Shown: one piece after another, positions 63,821 through 64,000 of the stretch
Layout: every line of letters starts with the position of its first letter
Position numbering within the stretch: the first letter of the stretch is position 1
Notes under the pieces: generated by a model
Told to the model about the DNA's origin: nothing
The model's database searches: none
Seen by the model: only the letters and a program-made list of their open reading frames with translations
Assembly: GCA_002269645.1 (NCBI GenBank)
Contig: NIVC01002053.1
Location: 1 to 64,000, forward strand
DNA from: Macrostomum lignano
Taxonomy: Eukaryota
DNA: 64,000 nucleotides
Reading direction: 5' to 3'
Position numbers and translations under genes: made by a program

Positions 63821-64000
63821 CTGGAACAGAAGGATTATTGTGCTGATTGCAGCTGTATATAATGTATATGAGACCCGATCCCAGCTCAACTCAATCTGAC
63901 TCTTGTTCGCTGTGGCTGCCTTGAGGGGTAGCACGGAAAGCCTATTCAACTGCAAACTAACCGCTTCCATCTCTGCTTAACCTGCAGTGTTGGCTGGCGA

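Overview
Eukaryotic (metazoan) genomic DNA: GC-rich spliced exons scattered among many micro- and minisatellites, SINEs and MITEs. The style suggests a free-living flatworm such as Macrostomum, but this is inference only. Supported genes: a tandem pair of IPNS-like 2OG-Fe(II) oxygenases (first copy frameshifted), CCDC181, a two-exon multi-copy neuropeptide precursor, a secreted Cys-rich protein, CWC22, PSMG2, an unidentified multi-exon gene ending in a C-terminal transmembrane helix, an unidentified protein with an integral SUMO-like domain, and the 3' half of a Piccolo/RIM-family C2A-C2B gene. The strongest leads are: (1) a prohormone predicted to release 12 GSxxRxR-amide peptides; (2) a ~4.9 kb transposon-relic island almost free of CpG, whose repeated motif shows CpG to TpG/CpA decay; (3) a SUMO-like-domain protein with a SIM-like acidic tail; (4) a 45-bp array that repeats the CCDC181 stop codon 17 times. 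Exon models were built by hand from splice sites and reading phase; no database searches were run.
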